Shown here: positions 30,012 through 39,307 of the stretch, piece after piece | How positions within the stretch are numbered: the first letter of the stretch is position 1 | Layout: each line of letters begins with the position of its first letter | From: Alphaproteobacteria bacterium | Lineage (GTDB): Bacteria; Pseudomonadota; Alphaproteobacteria; Bin95 | Length of the DNA: 64,000 nt | Direction of reading: 5' to 3' | Assembly: GCA_963665325.3 (NCBI GenBank) | Contig: OZ224045.1 | Coordinates: 1,280,001-1,344,000, forward strand | The notes under the pieces: model-generated | Database searches by the model: none | The model's input: only the letters and a program-made list of their open reading frames with translations | Told to the model about the DNA's origin: nothing | Made by a program: the position numbers and the translations under genes

Positions 30012-31199
30012 TCAATCTCCGAACCATCCTCGCGCCACGCCTTCGGGACATTTCGGATCGTGTTCCCGGAACCAAGCAATGGACCAAGCCTCACGCTCTC
30101 TTAGGATTCGGCAGTAGAAATCCATATTTCCCCGGTGGGTGTAGTAGTACCAGTGATCCCAGATTTCCCCCGGATTGTCGCCCGATATCTTAACACCGAA
30201 TTGCCCGAGCCAAGTACGCAAGCACCCTCCGTCTATCTGCAAATCTATCCATCGATCGGCACCTTTGCGGGCCTCGAGGCCGTTATGACCGACAACCTGT
30301 GTGTTGGAGAAGAAGCCCTTGGGACCGAAATTTTCGGCCAGCTTGTCAAGAATGTCGTTTTCGCGACTGACAATATTATAGAACTGCGGCCCTTGACTGC
30401 CGCTCCATCGTCGGCGTTTTGCCACCTCGGCGATACGGCTGTACATGATTTGCGCTTCCCCCGTGTACTCCGACCCGCCGAGGAGGATCACTCGGCCCAT
30501 GCTCTCGAGCAAACGAAAATTATGCTTTGCGGCGATCGCGAGCGCCCGGACGACCACTACCGACCCCAGGCTGTGACAGAAGATGTCGATTGGCCGACCT
30601 TCGGAGGAAAGCATGTCGGACAATGCCCGCAAGACTCGGAGCAGCGACCACGACGCGGAGCGTCCTAGGTCGTAGGCGCGAGCGTAGAAGTTCTGGCCAT
30701 GCGAAATCAGCGACGTCGCAGGGCCCGGCTGACTGTACCATCCGAACGCGACAGCCAACCCATGCTCGCCGTCATCAGCTTCCTGGAACCCAAGACGGAG
30801 AGGCCAGCCGGTCGTATGGTGGCGGATTTCTTCCCCCGCATCGCCTGCCGAGAAGTGAAAGATCCTTCCGTGGGGATTGTCGGTTTCCTTTGGATCGCGG
30901 GTGACTGCGACCCTGGGGTCGAACAGAAATCCGTTGACCATCACCGCCACCGGGGCGTGGGGCGGAAGCTTCGGCACTGCTCTCGCCAGCGCGCTCACGA
31001 GGTACTTGTCGAGCGGGGATTCTTTCCTGAGCGCTGCGGCGCGCAACCGGCCCGAACCCTCAACAAAGGTGCTCGACTCCAAGAAGCCGTGCTCACGGCC
31101 TGCGGAGGAGTCGAAATCTACATCTTCCAGGGTGCCCAACGGGGTCGGGGCGAAGAGGCGATCCTTGACGAGCGACAGGCGGACGATCGACATGTCCAT
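30012..31199 (-). CDS. Alpha/beta hydrolase (DUF900-like)
   Basis: VMVNGF, nucleophile elbow IFCHSLG, RENDIL and C-terminal WDHW. Confidence 0.75.
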   Translation of the reverse strand: MDMSIVRLSLVKDRLFAPTPLGTLEDVDFDSSAGREHGFLESSTFVEGSGRLRAAALRKESPLDKYLVSALARAVPKLPPHAPVAVMVNGFLFDPRVAVTRDPKETDNPHGRIFHFSAGDAGEEIRHHTTGWPLRLGFQEADDGEHGLAVAFGWYSQPGPATSLISHGQNFYARAYDLGRSASWSLLRVLRALSDMLSSEGRPIDIFCHSLGSVVVVRALAIAAKHNFRLLESMGRVILLGGSEYTGEAQIMYSRIAEVAKRRRWSGSQGPQFYNIVSRENDILDKLAENFGPKGFFSNTQVVGHNGLEARKGADRWIDLQIDGGCLRTWLGQFGVKISGDNPGEIWDHWYYYTHRGNMDFYCRILREREAWSIAWFREHDPKCPEGVARGWFGD

Positions 31200-31615
31200 T
31201 CTTCCGTCAACGTGGCACCGCTGGATAGGAAGTCACCGACGGGCGCATTCTCCCCAATTCGACATCGAACGCAAATCTGACGCTCCGATCGCCGCGCGAC
31301 GGGATCCTGCGAACGGAGCAGAATCCGCGCGGCCCGAATGTTGAAAATCCTATAACATCTAAATGAACCGATTGACACCTCGTTCGCCTTCCCTCAGCAT
31401 CCCGGCCTGAACGTTACTTCCCACCTTACTCCAGACCACTACTGATGGCACTGCGTACACCAGCACCTCGTCCCCAAACCTGAGTAATCCCAGCCTTCCG
31501 CCATGCGTCACCGCTTAGCAAGCTATGGACTTTCAGCCTTGTTCTTCGTTGGACCAATTAACACCACCCTCAGTTACCTACTATCGCAACTTACGCGATA
31601 ATCAACGAGGCGCAA

Positions 31616-32356
31616 ATGCAAATTATTTCTTGGAATATTTTGAATAGAAACAAGGACATTAGCACGTTATACAGCTTTCTCAATGAGACTGACGCGGACG
31701 TCTATGTGTTTCAAGAACTCGCAGAACATCATATAGCCGCAATCGAAACACTTCCAGGATATACGCTTCACAAAGCCCTCGACTTCATCGAAGGTGAAGA
31801 GACCGCATATCTCGGTATTTTGACGCGACTTCCTTCCTGCAATCCAAAAATAATCGTTCACAACCCCGACCTCCACATAAGCCCCTCCTGGATCGGTCGG
31901 CGAAACGCTTGGCGAGAGTGCATAGAATCCTTATCAATTACTGTTAGAGATGGCGATCAAAGCGTACGAATCATTAACGCTCATCTTGTCTGTGCCGCCT
32001 CCCCAAGTGTGCGAATTGTTCAGCTAGAAGACATTTCACAACATTTTGAACATAACGAGCGAATTCTATTGTGCGCTGATTTTAATACATTTGCCCGGCC
32101 CTGGTACAACTTTATACTAGGGTGGTTTTTCGGTTTTAAAGTTCATGACTTACGGACAAACGAAATCGCATCCTTGAAAACCTTTTCAGACAAACACGCC
32201 ATGCATAGGGCATTTGTTAATGTCGTCACTTTTCCGCGATTCAGATTGCAACTTGATAATATGCTAGTCAGAGGACTCCACGTCACTATGAGCCGAGTAG
32301 GGACTTACACCTACGGATCAGATCATCGGCCCCTAATTGCAACGTTCGATAGCTGA
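31616..32356 (+). CDS. Endonuclease/exonuclease/phosphatase (EEP) family protein
   Basis: IISWNI, FQE, NAHL, ADFN, LDNM, GSDHRP; low GC. Confidence 0.9.
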   Translation: MQIISWNILNRNKDISTLYSFLNETDADVYVFQELAEHHIAAIETLPGYTLHKALDFIEGEETAYLGILTRLPSCNPKIIVHNPDLHISPSWIGRRNAWRECIESLSITVRDGDQSVRIINAHLVCAASPSVRIVQLEDISQHFEHNERILLCADFNTFARPWYNFILGWFFGFKVHDLRTNEIASLKTFSDKHAMHRAFVNVVTFPRFRLQLDNMLVRGLHVTMSRVGTYTYGSDHRPLIATFDS

Positions 32357-32365
32357 GGTGAACAT

Positions 32366-33517
32366 ATGATAACAACATGTCCTTCCTCTCATGATCGATT
32401 AGTAATGGATCAAAAAGCACTATACTCTTTGTATTTATGTTTGTTCATAGTTGCCAGTCTGGGCCATAGTCTTGCTTACTTTGGTCCCTTTTCTAGCGAA
32501 TTATGGTGGTACTTAGACGGCAACTACGCATGGGTATTGGGAATACAGCGTATAATGGTAGTTGCGCTCCTATCCATATTTGCGCTGAGGAATATGAGGT
32601 TAATATCATCACAAGTTTCGTCAAATCGACTTCTGAATCTCTTTCCCAAGAGAAGGGCGGCCCGTATTTTATTCGTGTTATCGTTGATAGGTCTGCCAGT
32701 ACTGGTTTATTTTCTCGGTCAAGGCGCTATTTCTTCTGCTGAAGACAAGGGCCGCGAGGTGGCGCCACAATCTGAGATCAAGGAGGTGTGGCTGCCATAT
32801 ATCTGGTACTCTCTTTATGTGTATGCACTTTGGGGGGGAATGTTCATTTATTTCCTATACTGTGTAACAGTTAGCGGTATAAACGATATTAATTGGATTC
32901 GAGCAAACGGCGCGCGCCTTGTTGATGAGATCGAGAAACAAACCGCAACGGCGCAGAAAATGTCAGCGGAGCTCGATAACGTTGAGATGCTCTTTCAGTC
33001 GCATGTGGAAGCCGTGCGCGATATCGGACAACGCAATGCAGTAGCGGTTTTAGTATTGGTTCTCGCGTTAATGCACGAGAGGTTGCTGGCCGAGTCGGTG
33101 ACATTAATTTCTCACGAGTTAGCAAAAAGCGCAATTTTGTGTATGATGCTGTTTACGGTTGTTGTCGTTGTTTTGGTATTGCGACCGTACGCTAAACTTT
33201 GGGAGAATGTTTCGTCGACTAGCATGATGTTGGCGGCGAAGACCTCAAGTTTGGGAGATACAAGGGGATATGGTCGTTGGATCAGTTTTTACCGGATTGT
33301 GAAGACGGAGAATAGTCCGGGAAGATTAGTGAGGGCGATACTCATGGGCGGAGGAGTTAGCATGTCACTTATTGTGAGCGTGGCCGGGTTCGCGTTTAAT
33401 GTTCTCGGTGGAAAAGGGGACGGGTTTATAGACGTGTCAAAGGCAATTATCCCAGAATGGCTGATTGAGAGTATTTGTAATTTGATCGTATTTCTGGGAA
33501 GTCAATCTCCCCATTGA
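32366..33517 (+). CDS. Hypothetical multi-pass membrane protein
   Basis: Several hydrophobic stretches; GAGGTG RBS; starts 9 bp after the EEP gene; low GC. Confidence 0.75.
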   Translation: MITTCPSSHDRLVMDQKALYSLYLCLFIVASLGHSLAYFGPFSSELWWYLDGNYAWVLGIQRIMVVALLSIFALRNMRLISSQVSSNRLLNLFPKRRAARILFVLSLIGLPVLVYFLGQGAISSAEDKGREVAPQSEIKEVWLPYIWYSLYVYALWGGMFIYFLYCVTVSGINDINWIRANGARLVDEIEKQTATAQKMSAELDNVEMLFQSHVEAVRDIGQRNAVAVLVLVLALMHERLLAESVTLISHELAKSAILCMMLFTVVVVVLVLRPYAKLWENVSSTSMMLAAKTSSLGDTRGYGRWISFYRIVKTENSPGRLVRAILMGGGVSMSLIVSVAGFAFNVLGGKGDGFIDVSKAIIPEWLIESICNLIVFLGSQSPH

Positions 33518-33742
33518 GGCCGTCTGTCTAGCAAAACGGGGTCTCGAAGCGAGTAACCCGCGTTTCGCCCATGGCGCCGCGCGCGCCAAGCCCTGGCCCT
33601 ATCGCGTCCTCATTGCCGGAATACTTTCACGGTTAAGCAGGTAACCGTTTGACGTATTCTTCGTTAGTACAGGACGAACTAAAAAGTAAGTGCGTGTCCT
33701 TAGCACGCCCAGGGGCACGGGCTCCAAGATTTGACGTAACGG

Positions 33743-34110
33743 GTGCGCAGGGTTGTGGCCCGCGCCGGGCGCGGCGAGGATCCCTGCAAGGCGCGGGAGG
33801 CGGTCCTGGCCACGCCGACGCTTGAGGACTTCTTCGAGGCCTACAGGTCCGCCGACGAGAGTCGGTCACCGCGAACCGTCGAGGCTTACCGCTACGAGAT
33901 GAAGCGCTATCTCGGCGATTGGCTGTCCAGGCCACTCGAGTCCATCGACGCCGAGGAAGTTCGGAATGGTTTCGAAAGATTCACCGACAATAACGGCTGG
34001 TCCGCCGCCAAACGGGCAATCTCGCTGCTGCGTTCCCTCTACTGCAAACCCTGCGCCGGCATCGAAACCCTGCACAACCCGGTCAGACACTGGCTCGCCG
34101 AGGGCGCCCA
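33743..34110 (+). pseudogene. Tyrosine integrase N-terminal/core-binding fragment
   Basis: GEDP...PTLEDFFEAY...SPRTVEAY...YLGDWLSRPLESI...AISLLRSLY...NPV; no catalytic domain follows. Confidence 0.65.
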
Positions 34111-34358
34111 GGATAGCGCCTGTGACAGGGAAGGACAGCGGCTGAAGGGGGGGGACGATTTTGCTTCTCCTGGAGCGGCCCCCGAACCGGCTGTCGGTGT
34201 CGTACACGTGCTCGCGGGAGGCTGCCCCCTTTCTCCCGTCCCGCTCGGCGGGAGGGCCTCTCAGCACTCCATTTGGCCCGGTTCCGCCCGAAACCGCGAT
34301 TGCCGGTGTCGCCGCGGGCGTTCGAGAGTTTCGGGAACCGCGCTATCGTCGGGGGAGA

Positions 34359-34834
34359 TCAACGCTCGAAGTGGTAGGCGATCTCGTCGAAGCGGTCGCG
34401 GGGAAAGGCGAACACGAACACGAGCGGCTCCGCCCCCGTGCAGCGCGGCGCATGCCGGACGTCGGGCGGGATGTAGACCGCACAGCCGGGCCCCACCGGC
34501 TGCGACCGGTCCCCGATGTCCACCTCGCCCCGGCCGCTGACGATGAAATAGATCTCGGCAGGCTCATGGCGGTGACCCGTCAGCTCCGCGCCCGGCGCCA
34601 CCTCGGCAATCCCGGTAGCAAGGCCCCGGGTCTCCGTCCGCTCGCCGGCGATCAGCACCTTCCAGCGGTCCCTTCTCCCGCGGCAAGGCTGGCGTCTTCG
34701 CCGCCTTCCCACTCGAGATCGGCCTGGTCGACAATCGCAGGTCTCGGTGCGAACAAGGAAAAACCCGTCGACCCGCCGCCGGGCCAGCGGACCTCTAGGT
34801 CCGGTTCGTCATGCACGATCGCGCAAGCATCCAT
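34359..34834 (-). pseudogene. Cupin resembling DddK/DddW DMSP lyases, with a frameshift near 34670
   Basis: RWKVLI...GIAEVAPG...HRHEPAEIY...VYIPPDVRH...FPRDRFDEIAY; upstream frame MDACA...AGEG joins only with a 1-bp change. Confidence 0.7.
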
Positions 34835-35118
34835 GGGGTCAGGCCTCGGTTCGCACGAGTGCGCCGTTGTCGGGACGAAGGGGCGGCACGACCGGGACAT
34901 GACAGGCTGAAGGGCGACAGGAACCGACGAGCAGCGACATGACGACCCCATCTCCCGGAACAGCTCAGTCGCCTGCTATCGGCGCCGTGTGTCTGTGCCG
35001 GGAAGAGAATCGCCCGTGACAGAGGACCGACACTTGTCGCGATGCGACCGGCAACAAGCCCGGATGCGACCTTCGGACAAGAAAACGCCAACGGGAGCGG
35101 GAAGCCGACCTTGTCGGG

Positions 35119-35493
35119 CTATGGCGCCCGCCCTGTTTCGGTCAGCGGAAAGGGCTCCTCCGGGAGATGGGACGGCGTGCCGGCGGGCAGGCCCGCATAC
35201 CGGTACCAGGTCTGGTCCACCGAATTGTGCCAGCGCTCCAGGCGCCGGAGAATGAGCGCGACGAGTTCGCCGCCCCTTTCCGCGCAATCCGCCGCGGGGC
35301 AGAAGGCGACGAGCCTCCGGGGATAGTGCCGTTCGAAACAGATCCGGCCGTCATGGACCTCGACCCTCATCCAGCCGGGTTCCCCGAAGCAGGTTCGCCC
35401 GCACAGCGAGCATGACATCGCGCCGGAGACGGTCTGGCGCCCGACCAGGGCCTCGACCTCGTGAATGCCGCTCGGGCTCCGGAGCGCGGTCAC
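35119..35493 (-). CDS. Hypothetical Cys-containing protein
   Basis: CSLC and C...C pairs; follows the AAA gene on the same strand. Confidence 0.45.
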   Translation of the reverse strand: MTALRSPSGIHEVEALVGRQTVSGAMSCSLCGRTCFGEPGWMRVEVHDGRICFERHYPRRLVAFCPAADCAERGGELVALILRRLERWHNSVDQTWYRYAGLPAGTPSHLPEEPFPLTETGRAP

Positions 35494-35548
35494 GCGGCGG
35501 TCCCCGTGAACGCGTTTCCCGGCTCGCCCGGAATGTCGGCCCTCGCCA

Positions 35549-36760
35549 TCAGTGCATCACCGGGCGGCTGGCCAGGTCCTGCGCCCGCTCCAGCATCCGG
35601 TTGACATCGCGCAGGGAGAGCCGACGCGGCAGCAGGGCGGGCGCCCGATCGAGGGCCTCGACCACCGCATCCACCGCCGCATCCGGAAGCTCCATCGCGG
35701 CACCCCGGCGGCGCGCGAAGCCCTGCAGCTGGTCCGGCGTCACGTCCGGGATGTGCAGCACCCGGCAGCGGCTCACCAGCGGCTCCGGCAGGGTGTCGAG
35801 CGTATTGGCGGTCATGACCCAGCTGAGATGGCTCATATCCACCCGGACCCGGAAATACGGGCAGTCCCAGGCCCGCGAACTCTCCGGCTCCAGCAACCCC
35901 AGCATGGCCGGCAGGAACGCCGCCGAGGTCCCGCGCGTGGTCGTCGGGCTGCTCGCCTTGCAGATCTCGTCGACGATGACGACGGGGTTCGCCATCCGCG
36001 CCTCGATCATGGTCTCGAGCGGCCGGCCGGGCTGCTGGGTCGCCCAGCCCTTCTCGGTGCCGACCAGCGAGAAGCTGGCGAGCCCCTTCGAGGTGTCGAT
36101 CATGCAGGCGGGCAGGTCCAGGCACGCGGCGAGCCGACGGGCCCAGGCCGTCTTGCCGACGCCCGGAGGCCCGACCAGGAGGAGCGGCCCGATCCGGACC
36201 GGCGTCCCCTCGCGGGCGCTGCGCCGGAGCGCGTCCCAGGCCGCCTTCGTCGCCGGGGCCATCCAGGGCATCTCCTCATGCAGGGAGGCTGCGATCTCGT
36301 CGGCCCGGTGCTCCGAGGAGACCGTCACCGCCGGCACATCGCCCAGGAGAGGGCGCAGGCGCTCCTTCTCCCCCTTGTCCTTCAGATGTCCCAGGCCGCT
36401 CGCCCTGTGCCGGCGCTCGACCACGGCGTCCACCCGGCGCTTGAGGCGGGCCTGAGCGAGCGCGGGAAGCCCGAAACTCGACAGGCCGACCTCCTCGCGC
36501 AATTCCCAAAAGTCCCCCCGCCGATAAGGCGGCGCCGGCGCAGGAGCGGACTCTTGCTCCCGTTCCCGCAGATCGCCGAAATACGCCAACAGCAGGCGCC
36601 GTTTGCGCAGCCCGGTCAGGAACGCCGTCAGGCGCTTCTCAATCGGGGCGCGGGCGGTGTCGATGACCGGGAGGTCGATCAGCCGGACGGTATGTAGCGG
36701 GGCCGGACTCCCTCCGGCCGGGCGCCGAAGAGCGCCTTCAGGATCGTGGCGGGCTTGCAC
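35549..36760 (-). CDS. Lon-like AAA+ ATPase without protease domain (start uncertain)
   Basis: LLLVGPPGVGKT, NPVVIVDEICK, DMSHLSWVMTAN, PEPLVSR. Confidence 0.82.
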   Translation of the reverse strand: MQARHDPEGALRRPAGGSPAPLHTVRLIDLPVIDTARAPIEKRLTAFLTGLRKRRLLLAYFGDLREREQESAPAPAPPYRRGDFWELREEVGLSSFGLPALAQARLKRRVDAVVERRHRASGLGHLKDKGEKERLRPLLGDVPAVTVSSEHRADEIAASLHEEMPWMAPATKAAWDALRRSAREGTPVRIGPLLLVGPPGVGKTAWARRLAACLDLPACMIDTSKGLASFSLVGTEKGWATQQPGRPLETMIEARMANPVVIVDEICKASSPTTTRGTSAAFLPAMLGLLEPESSRAWDCPYFRVRVDMSHLSWVMTANTLDTLPEPLVSRCRVLHIPDVTPDQLQGFARRRGAAMELPDAAVDAVVEALDRAPALLPRRLSLRDVNRMLERAQDLASRPVMH

Positions 36761-37214
36761 AAGGGTTCCCGGCTGTTGGACCGGGCTCCACTCCGTCGGG
36801 GTCTGTCACACCTCGTCCGGAGCCGTTCTACATCATCGAAGGGCGGACGGCCTCCCGGGCACTCCCGCCCCCCGGACCGTCATCAGCTGACCTTGATTTC
36901 CGGCGCGCAACCTATGCCAAACCGATTGTCGTGACAATCGGCAATTCAGGCTGCAGGCCAATCTCCGGATTGACTGCAAGCGCTCCGGAGAGCCGAAATC
37001 CGACAACCCCGGGATCCCTGCCCGTAACAGACCCGAACGATGACGCCCGCGCCAGACCCCCCGGGGCGCAATCGCTGAGGTCCAGTCACGATACAGGATT
37101 TTTATTCTATTTGTATTCATGCAGATTTCGCCAATGACACAGCCAGTGAAAGTGCGGCTGGAATCGGGCCTTCGGGGTGCCCATACTTTCGGCTTCATTG
37201 TCGAATCGTGTCCC

Positions 37215-37309
37215 AATATCATGTTGATATTATGTAATAATATCAGAAAAAGGACTTTACAGGAGGCCCCTCCGGCGTTACAATAGGGAGCTCTTCGAGG
37301 AGGAAGAGC
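37215..37309 (+). promoter_or_regulatory. Promoter region of the 633-aa gene: operator-like palindromes, sigma70 promoter, hairpin around the RBS
   Basis: AATATCA-TGT-TGATATT and TGATATTA-TGTAA-TAATATCA; TTTACA(37256)-17-TACAAT(37279); GCTCTTC-GAGGAG-GAAGAGC. Confidence 0.65.
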
Positions 37310-37310
37310 C

Positions 37311-39212
37311 ATGGCTATGACGCCCCGCACGCTCCGGGTCCCCGAGACCGCCAATGCCCGGATTCTCGGCGATATGTTCCCGATACAGACCAATCACTGC
37401 CGCACGCCGGGCTGCGCCAATTTCGGCGTGCCGGCCCGCACCAGGCCCGGCAAGAGGGGTCCGAGCAGGGATCGCGATCCCCATTACGCGCTGATCTCGA
37501 CCTCGAAGGGCCAGGAGCCGGCTCTCAGGTGCAAGGCGTGCAACGGCAAGGGCGCCATCCGCTCGAACGCCGCCATCGCCGAGGAGGTCGAGCGCATCGC
37601 CGATTATGCCCGGCCGCTGGAATACCGCTTCGCCTGCAAGACCCCGGGTTGTCCCAATGAGGGGCGCTCCGTCGGCGAGCATCGCCAGCTCTATACGAAG
37701 TACGGCTACTACAAGACACCCGAGAACCCGATCTACCGGTGCAAGAGCTGCCTGCGCAACGTGCTCGTCTCGCACAAGGCTCCCAGGATCCACGCCAGGA
37801 ACCAGTCGCTCGCCGCCGACGTGTTCTCGCGCATTGCCAACAAGTCGCCCATGCGCCGCACGGTGGAAGGCGCCGGGCTCAGGAGCCATGCCGACTACTA
37901 CACCATCCTCGATTTCATTCATCGCCGCTGCTGCGATCTGAACAGCGCTGTCACGCGCTCCTTCCTGACCGGCGCGCGCCGCCTGCCGGCCGGGATGAAC
38001 ATCGCCATCGACTCGCAGTCGCTCATGGTCAACTGGCCGAGCAGGGCCCAGCGCCGCACGGTCGAGATGACCTCCTGCTGCAGCGTCGATGCCGCTTCGC
38101 GCTTCATCCTTGAGCTGGACGTCAATCACGATCCGCGGTTCGACCCGTTCGACGTCAACTACGAGTCCGCCGAGTTGGGCGACATGACCCGCAAGGAGGC
38201 GTTCCGCAAATATGCCCGCTTCTGGCTCGCCGGCGACGAGATGCGCAGCAGGAGGACCGGCCAGAGGCGGATGGGCCGCGAGGCCGCCGAGCAGGCCGTC
38301 GGAGACATCCAGGACGCCTTCCGGGCCGCCAATGCCTATGAGGACGTGGCGGAGATGGAGATCGTGCCGGGGCAGGGGCCCCTGCGCGACCACATGCTGC
38401 GCTCCGGCATGCTGGTGAAGACCGGCTACCGGACGCTCGGCCACATGTTCGTGCTGCGGGAGATCCTGAAGGGCGCCGGCGTGGAGCGGCTCCAGCTCTG
38501 CATGGACCAGCATCTCTCGACGATCTCGTCCTTCATGTGCGCCTTCCAGGAGCAGATCGCAGAAGGCGCCGCGCACGGCTTCCTGGTGCGCTTTGACAAG
38601 AACTGCGCGGTCGACGAGCGCGACCGGCTCTACGACGAGGCCATGCGGCAGCTGCGGGCCTTCGCCCGGGCGCGGGCCCTGGAGGGCATGGACAGGGAGG
38701 AACTCGGCCTCGAGATGATCCGGACCGCCTTGCGGGCCGGCGGCCTGCCCGAGCATGGCTGGCTGCGCCATCCGGTGCCGACGAAACAGGAGCCCGGCAA
38801 GCAAGTCCGCTGGATCACCGAGAATGCGGACACGGAACTGGACCCCCGCCTTCGCGAGGGCAGGCTGGCCCGGCTCTATCTCGGCGCCTCGCTCGGCCGG
38901 GTCGACAATGTCTTCGAACTGACCCGGCGGTTCCTCTCACCCCTGGAGCGGCCCTTCTACACGCCGAGCGGCGGCTGGAACCAGGTCTGGTACGGCTATG
39001 CGCCCTACAACCCTGACATGGTGCGGAAATATCTCGACATCTTCCGGGTGGTGAACAACTTCATCCACACCGGCAAGACGGACAGGGCCACGCCCGCCAT
39101 GCGGCTCGGCTTCGCCGACCGTCCGCTCACCTATGCCGACGTGCTGTGGCCGGGCGAGAAGATCCCCAGGCCGAAACGCACGCGTCGCAAGGGGCGCGGG
39201 TTGAAGGCCTGA
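37311..39212 (+). CDS. Large multi-Zn-finger protein with IS1-like transposase features (633 aa)
   Basis: Four Cys pairs (CRTPGC, CKAC, CKTPGC, CKSC); acidic candidates IAIDSQ, LCMDQ, RVDNVF; C-terminal NF...TPAMRLG typical of IS1-type transposases. Confidence 0.7.
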   Translation: MAMTPRTLRVPETANARILGDMFPIQTNHCRTPGCANFGVPARTRPGKRGPSRDRDPHYALISTSKGQEPALRCKACNGKGAIRSNAAIAEEVERIADYARPLEYRFACKTPGCPNEGRSVGEHRQLYTKYGYYKTPENPIYRCKSCLRNVLVSHKAPRIHARNQSLAADVFSRIANKSPMRRTVEGAGLRSHADYYTILDFIHRRCCDLNSAVTRSFLTGARRLPAGMNIAIDSQSLMVNWPSRAQRRTVEMTSCCSVDAASRFILELDVNHDPRFDPFDVNYESAELGDMTRKEAFRKYARFWLAGDEMRSRRTGQRRMGREAAEQAVGDIQDAFRAANAYEDVAEMEIVPGQGPLRDHMLRSGMLVKTGYRTLGHMFVLREILKGAGVERLQLCMDQHLSTISSFMCAFQEQIAEGAAHGFLVRFDKNCAVDERDRLYDEAMRQLRAFARARALEGMDREELGLEMIRTALRAGGLPEHGWLRHPVPTKQEPGKQVRWITENADTELDPRLREGRLARLYLGASLGRVDNVFELTRRFLSPLERPFYTPSGGWNQVWYGYAPYNPDMVRKYLDIFRVVNNFIHTGKTDRATPAMRLGFADRPLTYADVLWPGEKIPRPKRTRRKGRGLKA

Positions 39213-39307
39213 GCGCAATCGGGCGCGCCGTTCCGCGGCCAGCGCCAAGCGCTGGTTGCACACCTAGAACAGAGCACGGCCACGCCCGGAAGCACTACCC
39301 TTTTGTG

